From Planctomycetota bacterium (GTDB taxonomy: Bacteria; Planctomycetota; JAJSAM01; JAJVHW01): a stretch of 64,000 nucleotides of DNA. The DNA is taken from the NCBI GenBank assembly GCA_965248445.1, contig CBDFJG010000003.1, forward strand, positions 1,216,001 to 1,280,000, read 5' to 3'. The position numbers were made by a program, and so were the translations under genes. The notes below the pieces were generated by a model that was not told the origin of the DNA, did no database searches, and saw only the letters and a list, made by a program, of their open reading frames with translations. Within the stretch, counting starts at the first letter, position 1, and each line of letters starts with the position of its first letter. Of the stretch, positions 58,294-64,000 are shown one piece after another.

Positions 58294-59313
58294 TTGACAC
58301 TCTCAGCAATCCGACGCCGCGTCGTCGAGACCGCCGGGCTCGGCGATCTGATCGAACGGGCCCTGCGCGGAGCGCGACTGTCCCGTGACGCGCTTCTCCG
58401 TGTCCTCGAGTGCGGCAACCCGCTCGCGGCGGCGGCCCTCGCGGATGCGCGACGCGCCGCCACGAGCAACGTCGTGGTCACGCACCCGTGGACGCTGCGT
58501 GTGCGCGCCCCCGGCCACACGTTCGCGGCCGAGCCGGCGACACTGGTGTCGCACCCGCTCTCGCGCGTCGCGGGCGTGACGGCGAGCGAAGTGCAACTGG
58601 TCGGTATCCCCCGCAGCGGGCTCACGCTGACGGTTGCTCTCGATCTGGCGCGCGGCGTGCGCGACGCGCGGCCGGCTCTGCCGCTGCGCGCGTTCACGGC
58701 GTCGCAGGTGCGCACGATCTCGGCGGCGGAGAGCATGACCGACCGCCAGGTCATCGAGGCGCTCGCCGGCTCCGGTGTCGCAACGCTCGACTGGGCGCCG
58801 GGCGAGGGCCTCGACCCCGCCGGGATCGCCGTGCACCGGGCCGCCCACGAGGCGGGAGTGAAGACGGTGCTGCCCGTCGCGTACACGCGCGGGTCTCTGT
58901 CCACCACCTTCCTGGACCGCCTCGAGGCCTATCGCCGCATCGTAGAGGACACGCAGGGGTTCCTGTCGTGCGTCGTGCTCCCCGACCGCACGGAGGGCGC
59001 CAGTCCTCTGCACGGGAGCTCCGGCAGCGACGACACGATGGCGTGCGCTGTCGCGCGGCTCGCATTCGGCCACGTCGTGCCCCGGGTCACCGTGGACGCG
59101 CACGTGCTGGGGCACAAGCTCGGTGCGCTTCTCCTCTCCGCGGGCGCCGACGACTTCGTCGGAGCGCAGGCCGCCGCTGCGTGGGCCGCGCCGACCGACG
59201 ACGGGCCTCGGCCTCTCAATCCCGACCGCGTGCGTCGTCATCTGATCGAGGCGCGACGGTCGCCCGAGCTGCGGAACGCGCTGTTCCTGAATGTGAACGA
59301 CTCGTGCGCGTGA
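58294..59313 (+). CDS. MqnE/CofH-like protein lacking the radical-SAM CxxxCxxC motif
   Basis: G.RLS...L, RAFTASQV, VHRAAHEAG, DTQGF, DD....AVARL, GADD blocks match the MqnC/MqnE family; no Cys triad. Confidence 0.75.
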   Translation: MTLSAIRRRVVETAGLGDLIERALRGARLSRDALLRVLECGNPLAAAALADARRAATSNVVVTHPWTLRVRAPGHTFAAEPATLVSHPLSRVAGVTASEVQLVGIPRSGLTLTVALDLARGVRDARPALPLRAFTASQVRTISAAESMTDRQVIEALAGSGVATLDWAPGEGLDPAGIAVHRAAHEAGVKTVLPVAYTRGSLSTTFLDRLEAYRRIVEDTQGFLSCVVLPDRTEGASPLHGSSGSDDTMACAVARLAFGHVVPRVTVDAHVLGHKLGALLLSAGADDFVGAQAAAAWAAPTDDGPRPLNPDRVRRHLIEARRSPELRNALFLNVNDSCA

Positions 59314-59549
59314 GGGTGCTTCTGTTCGCCTCCGCGCGCGAAGCGGCGGGCTGCGATGAGCTCGAGTGTGACGTCACGAGCGGCGCCACCGTGGCGTCCG
59401 CGTTCGCGCAACTGGCGGCGACACACCCTCGTTTGGGGGAGCTGCTGCCGTCGTGCCGGGCCGCGATCGACGACGAGTTCGCGAGCCTGGATGCCGTCAT
59501 CCCGGACGGCTCCGTGCTCGCCGTCCTGCCGCCGGTGTCGGGCGGCTAG
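59310..59549 (+). CDS. moaD: Molybdopterin synthase sulfur carrier subunit
   Basis: VLLFASAREAAG...AVLPPVSGG C-terminal Gly-Gly. Confidence 0.92.
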   Translation: MRVLLFASAREAAGCDELECDVTSGATVASAFAQLAATHPRLGELLPSCRAAIDDEFASLDAVIPDGSVLAVLPPVSGG

Positions 59550-59551
59550 CA

Positions 59552-60046
59552 GTGGGTCCCTTCGGCATCACCCGCAACAAGCTCGACCTCGGATGGATGG
59601 TCGCGTGCGTCAAGGACCCGCGCTCCGGGGCGGTCGTCACGTTCCTCGGCGTGTCGCGGGAGACGTCGCTCGACAAGCGCAACGTCGAGCGGCCGGTCAA
59701 GACGCTCTACTACGAGGCGTACGACGTGATGGCGATCAAGAAGCTCCGGGAGATCGCGAAGACGGCGCAAGAAGAGTACGGGGCGCTGCACGTCTCGGCA
59801 TGGCACCGCAAGGGTGAGGTCCGCGTCGGCGAAGTCTCGGTCGCCATCGCCGTCTCGGCACCGCACAGGCCCGAGGCGTACGCCGCATGCCGCTACGTGA
59901 TCGACGAGATCAAGCGCTCCGTACCAATCTGGAAACGGGAGTGCTTCGAGGACGGCGAAGAGTGGGTCGAGGGCTTCGTCGCGGATCCGCGCAGTGCCAG
60001 CCCGACCCGGGCCAATCCGGGCAGCGGAGGGCCGGCCGACGTCTGA
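59552..60046 (+). CDS. moaE: Molybdopterin synthase catalytic subunit
   Basis: GAVVTFLG..R, LYYEAY..MA, HR.G, VSAPHR, K..VPIWKRE. Confidence 0.95.
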   Translation: MGPFGITRNKLDLGWMVACVKDPRSGAVVTFLGVSRETSLDKRNVERPVKTLYYEAYDVMAIKKLREIAKTAQEEYGALHVSAWHRKGEVRVGEVSVAIAVSAPHRPEAYAACRYVIDEIKRSVPIWKRECFEDGEEWVEGFVADPRSASPTRANPGSGGPADV

Positions 60047-61079
60047 CGGACGCCTGGTCTCCGTTCAGCTGCTGCGCGCGGCGGCGGCCTGGATGGTCGT
60101 CTACTACCACTTCGTCGCGCTCGCCTGCGGCTTCTCTGCCGGCAACCCGCTCAGCGAGTTCTTCCTGCACCGCGGGATGTTCGGCGTCGACGTGTTCTTC
60201 GTGATCAGTGGATTCATCATGGTTTTCACCGTCGCGACGCGTGAATACGCCGTGCGGCGTTTTCTCGCGAACCGCTTCGCACGAATCGCACCGGCATACT
60301 GGTTCGCAACGCTGCTGCTGATCGGGCTCGCGGCGTTGCTTCCAAGGCGCTTCATCACACTCCAGTGGACGCCCTCGTCTCTTGCGGAGTCGCTGGCGTT
60401 CCTGCCTCCCTCGCACGGCAAGTTCTTCCCCGTGCTGAGCGTCGGGTGGACTCTCAATCTCGAGGCGTTCTTCTATGCTGCGCTCGGTGTGTGCCTGCTG
60501 TTCGGGCGTCGAGTCGGGCCCATCGCGTGCGCGGCGCTGCTGTTCGTGCTGCCGCTGACGTGGCCTCCCGAGTGGCCGTTCGCGGTCGTGCTGGCGTCTC
60601 CGCACCTGCACCGTTTCGTCGCTGGGATGCTCGTCGGATACGCCTTCTTGCACGGCGGCGGCGTCCGCCGGTTCTTGGGACAGCGCCCGTACGCCTCCCT
60701 GGCAGTCTTCGCGATCCCGCTCGTCCTGCTGCAGCTCCCGGCGGTGCGCGCAGCACTCGGATCGGTCGATGGGATCTCGGGCGTGCTGGTCCTGCTCTCC
60801 GCACTGTCGCTCGAGCCGATGATCCGGCGCTGGCACCCGAGGGTGCTCCGCCCTCTGGCGCACCTCGGCGATGTCTCGTACTCGACATATCTGCTGCACG
60901 TGATCGTACTCCACGTCGTGATCGGAGTCGGGACGCTCGCCGTCGCCGGCGCGGTCAAGAGGACGCTGGCTGCCGTGGGCTTCGGCGTCGTGACGTACCT
61001 CGCCTCGGCCCTCTCGTACCGGTACATCGAGCGCAGTCCCGTCGTGCGTCGGGTGCGGGAGCGCCTGGCCGGCGAGTAA
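60039..61079 (+). CDS. Acyltransferase family 3 (OafA-like) membrane O-acyltransferase
   Basis: QLLRAAAAWMVV.YH, GVDVFFVISGFIM, RFARIAP.YW, WTLNLE.FFY, LGDVSYSTYLLH, YIERS; start uncertain (ACG 60039 or GTG 59994). Confidence 0.88.
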   Translation, partial: TSDGRLVSVQLLRAAAAWMVVYYHFVALACGFSAGNPLSEFFLHRGMFGVDVFFVISGFIMVFTVATREYAVRRFLANRFARIAPAYWFATLLLIGLAALLPRRFITLQWTPSSLAESLAFLPPSHGKFFPVLSVGWTLNLEAFFYAALGVCLLFGRRVGPIACAALLFVLPLTWPPEWPFAVVLASPHLHRFVAGMLVGYAFLHGGGVRRFLGQRPYASLAVFAIPLVLLQLPAVRAALGSVDGISGVLVLLSALSLEPMIRRWHPRVLRPLAHLGDVSYSTYLLHVIVLHVVIGVGTLAVAGAVKRTLAAVGFGVVTYLASALSYRYIERSPVVRRVRERLAGE

Positions 61080-61088
61080 CCTGAGTTG

Positions 61089-62126
61089 ATGCACGTTCGC
61101 GCCACGCTGCTGGTCCTTGCGCTCCTCCTGGCGGGCGCATGCGCGCCATCGCCACCCGGCGCGATCGCCTCGGAGACGCTGCCTGCCGCCGCAGACGACC
61201 TGCCGGACGAAGAGGCATTCCTCGCGGAGATGGACAGGAGCCGCGGTCACCGCGACGTGTTCTCGGTCATTCGGGACCCGGACTTCGTGCGGGCGTCCTC
61301 CGGCGGGCTGAAGCCGGGCGAGATGGTGTTGGGACTCGACCTCGGCGACGCGCAGTTCGCCTATCCGATCAATCTGCTCAATCACCACGAGATCGTCGAG
61401 CACACGTCGAACGGACGGGACCTACTGGTCTGCTGGTGACCGCTCTGTCGTACGGGCGTCGTGCACGCCCGCACCATCGACGGGAAGCCCGCGCGCTTCG
61501 GCCACCGAGGCTGGCTGTGGAAGAACGCGTACATCCTCTACGACGTCGAGACCGACAGCCTGTGGCACCACCTGACCGGCCGTGCCCTGTCGGGTCCGCT
61601 GCGCGGGACGGCTCTCGCGCGCTGGCGCACGGAGCTGCTCACCTGGGAGGCCTGGCGGGCAGAGCACCCCGACACGCTGGTGCTGCCCAAACCCGCCGCC
61701 CATCCAGCCGACCTCTCGGTCGACGTCTACGCCCAGCGGAACTCCGGACTCCGTTTCGGGCTGGGCATCGAGATCGGCGAGGAGCGTGTTCTCTACCCCC
61801 TCGCACTGCTCCACGACGGCCCCGTGGAGGACGAGGTGGCCGGCATCCCCGTCGTGGTCGCGGGGGACGGTGCCTCCCGCGCCGCGTTCGCCTGGGACCG
61901 CCGCGTGGACGGCCGCCCGGCCTCGTTCGAGGTCTCGGCCGACGGCCGCGGCGCCCCGTTGCTGCAGGTGGTCGGCGGCGGCCCGGCCTTCCGGCTGAGG
62001 AGCGGAAGGGCCGTGGGAGGAGACCGGGAGGGGCTCCATCCGGTATTCTCTACGCAGTGGGAGGTCGGCGCGTGGCGTGCGCAGCATCCCAACGGGCGGG
62101 TTCACGAGGCCGGTGGGCCACGGTGA
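61089..62126 (+). CDS. DUF3179-family lipoprotein with in-frame UGA (probable selenocysteine) at 61437-61439
   Basis: Lipobox LAGA-C; AYPI..L..HEIV; VCW-UGA-PLCRTG; FG..G.L.....ILYD.ET.SLW..LTGRA..GPL.G..L; TW..W...HPDTLVL; both halves in one frame. Confidence 0.82.
61453..61471 (+). promoter_or_regulatory. Candidate bacterial SECIS hairpin
   Basis: CGGGCGT-CGTGC-ACGCCCG, a 7-bp stem starting 13 nt after the UGA, with GU in the apical loop. Confidence 0.6.
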
Positions 62127-62287
62127 GCGTTGTCTCCGGCCGGATACACGCCGTGCGTCGCCGCCCGCTCCGGGCAGGCTCGGCGAGCCCAGCGAGGGCT
62201 GGCAGGGCAGTTGCTCAGGGATCCATGGAGTGGGCGGTCCCGTTCCAGTCGGTACGGCCCCCCCGCGGGCTCTCGAGGAGGTCAGAG

Positions 62288-63040
62288 ATGAAGTCACTCT
62301 TGGTAACTGCAGGCGCGCTTCTGGCGTGCATCGCGCTCGTCGCCGGCGGCACGGCCGCCCAGGCGGGCGGGAAGAAGACCGACGCCGAGAAGCTGGCGGA
62401 GTTGAAGGAGAAGGTCAAAGCCAAGTACGTGGAGGACAAGGGCGGTGCCCTGTTCAACGACTGGGTCTATTGGGTGGACATCGCAGGCACGAAGGAGACA
62501 CGCTGGACGAACAACAAGTTCAAGGATGTGAAGCCCGAGGCTGTGCAGAAGCTCGTCTTCGCGTCCTCCTGGGCGCCGTCCATCGACGCTACGCCGGGGC
62601 AGTCGATCCAGCTCGTAGTCGAGACGTTCCGTCACAAGCAACAGCTAGCGAACGGGAAGTACCAGCCGAACGGCATCGTCTACAACAACACGGGCGAGAA
62701 CGTCCCCGCGTCCAACGTGAAGGGCCTCTGCGACGGACAGCGAAAGGACTGGGTCGCCGCTGCGAAGGACGTCGACAAGAAGCTCAACAAGGAAGTGAAG
62801 AAAACGAAGAGTGCCGGGCCCGCGGGCGTCCTGGCAACCGCAACCGCTACCGATTCCAAGAGCGATCAGCGGATGCGAAAAGAGTGGCTCGGCTGGATTC
62901 ACGGCAAGCGGGGCGAGAGCTACGTGGTGAGCGTCACATACGGTGCAGATCTCATCGGTGACGCGAAGCGACTGAAGAGCGCGCAAGGCCGTGTCTACAA
63001 GCTGCTCAAGAATGTCAAGATCATCGACGAGATGAAGTAG
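62288..63040 (+). CDS. Hypothetical secreted Lys-rich protein
   Basis: Signal peptide ending AAQA, GAGGAGG SD, 250-aa ORF. Confidence 0.75.
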   Translation: MKSLLVTAGALLACIALVAGGTAAQAGGKKTDAEKLAELKEKVKAKYVEDKGGALFNDWVYWVDIAGTKETRWTNNKFKDVKPEAVQKLVFASSWAPSIDATPGQSIQLVVETFRHKQQLANGKYQPNGIVYNNTGENVPASNVKGLCDGQRKDWVAAAKDVDKKLNKEVKKTKSAGPAGVLATATATDSKSDQRMRKEWLGWIHGKRGESYVVSVTYGADLIGDAKRLKSAQGRVYKLLKNVKIIDEMK

Positions 63041-63167
63041 CCCCGCTCACGTCCGGGCACCGGCGCGCCGCGCGGCCTTGGTTCCGCGCGGCGCGCTCTC
63101 GTTCCCTCCGGTCCGTAGCGGGCGCCCTTCCGTGGCAGGCGGGCTGACGGGCGGTATGCTCCGCCGC

Positions 63168-64000
63168 TTGCTCACGGTCCAGGTCACCGACCTCCACAAG
63201 TCCTACGGCAGCGTCAAGGCACTGCGTGGGCTCTCCGTCGACATCGAGCCGGGTGCGGTCGGCCTGCTGGGGCCCAACGGCGCAGGTAAGTCGACGCTGC
63301 TGAAGGTCCTGCTCGGGCTGCTCGACTCGAACTCCGGCTCGGCGAAGGTGCTCGGCCGTGACGTCGCCACCCAGCCGATGGAGGTCCGCCGGGAAGTCGG
63401 GTACATGCCCGAGGTGGACGCGTACCTGCCCGGGCTCACGGGTGCCGACGCAGTCGTCTTCTGCGGCGTGCTGTGCGGACTCCCCCGCCGCGAGGCGAAG
63501 CGCCGGGCTCACGAGATCCTCTACTACGTGGGTCTCGGCGAGGCGCGGTATCGCAAGGTCGACCAGTACTCGACCGGGATGCGCCAGCGGCTGCGCCTCG
63601 CGCAGGCGCTCGTGCACGATCCGGAGCTGATCTTCCTCGACGAGCCGACCAATGGACTCGATCCCGAGGGACGCGACGAGATCCTGGAACTGATTGACGA
63701 CCTCGCGCAGCAGCACAAGAAGAGCGTCGTGCTCTGCTCGCACCTGTTGCGCGACGTCGAGGCCGTGTGCGACCGCGTCGTGGTCCTGCGCGAGGGGAAG
63801 ATCGCTCTGACAGGATCGATCGACGAGATCCGGCAACTGGCGCCGGGTGTGTTCCGGGTTCGCGTGACCGGAGACGACGCGTCGTTCGAGCACGCTCTCG
63901 AGGTGAACGGCGTCTCGGTGATCGGGCGGGACGGCGAGACGCTGTCGGTCCAGATCCCCCCGGACGGCTCCCCGCGCGCGTTGTTCGCGGCGGCTCACGA
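63168..64000 (+). CDS. ABC transporter ATP-binding protein (runs off the window; absent from the ORF track)
   Basis: VQVTDLHKSYG, GPNGAGKST, YSTGMRQR, IFLDEPTNGLDP, SH; start TTG 63168 or ATG 63156. Confidence 0.92.
   Translation, partial: MLTVQVTDLHKSYGSVKALRGLSVDIEPGAVGLLGPNGAGKSTLLKVLLGLLDSNSGSAKVLGRDVATQPMEVRREVGYMPEVDAYLPGLTGADAVVFCGVLCGLPRREAKRRAHEILYYVGLGEARYRKVDQYSTGMRQRLRLAQALVHDPELIFLDEPTNGLDPEGRDEILELIDDLAQQHKKSVVLCSHLLRDVEAVCDRVVVLREGKIALTGSIDEIRQLAPGVFRVRVTGDDASFEHALEVNGVSVIGRDGETLSVQIPPDGSPRALFAAAH

Noticed and set aside
61437..61439. UGA as Trp/Gly through a reassigned genetic code
   Set aside because: TGA ends many clear genes here (dnaB, frr, glmU, ispG), so recoding must be site-specific.

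Overview
Very GC-rich bacterial chromosomal segment. Gene content (LpxC-FabZ fusion, long IspG, futalosine-pathway mqnC, large HEAT-repeat and BRCT-type proteins) suggests a Planctomycetota/PVC-type organism; this is inference. Most of the window is housekeeping: rpsB-tsf-pyrH-frr-tRNA-Glu, bamA-skp-lpxC/fabZ-lpxA-gnnA-like, dnaB, glmU-prs-rplY-pth-rpsF-rpsR-rplI, tRNA-Gln, tatC-ychF-cinA, coaE-rho, ispG, mqnC, moaD-moaE. Accessory parts: a surface-glycosylation locus at 0.4-9.7 kb whose first gene is cut by an IS66 end, a methyltransferase-sulfotransferase-deacetylase trio, and a 4-kb pile-up of IS3, IS1380 and IS1595 elements that truncates a PspA/IM30 gene. Most notable observations: (1) a DUF3179-type lipoprotein that the ORF track splits at an in-frame UGA in a W-U-P-L-C motif, followed by a SECIS-like hairpin (probable selenoprotein); (2) an MqnE-like radical-SAM paralog lacking its CxxxCxxC motif; (3) a GTAG-bearing REP-like palindrome family with compensatory stem changes; (4) a near-consensus promoter with a ~200-nt structured leader before coaE-rho. 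All product calls come from motifs recognised by eye; no database searches were run.
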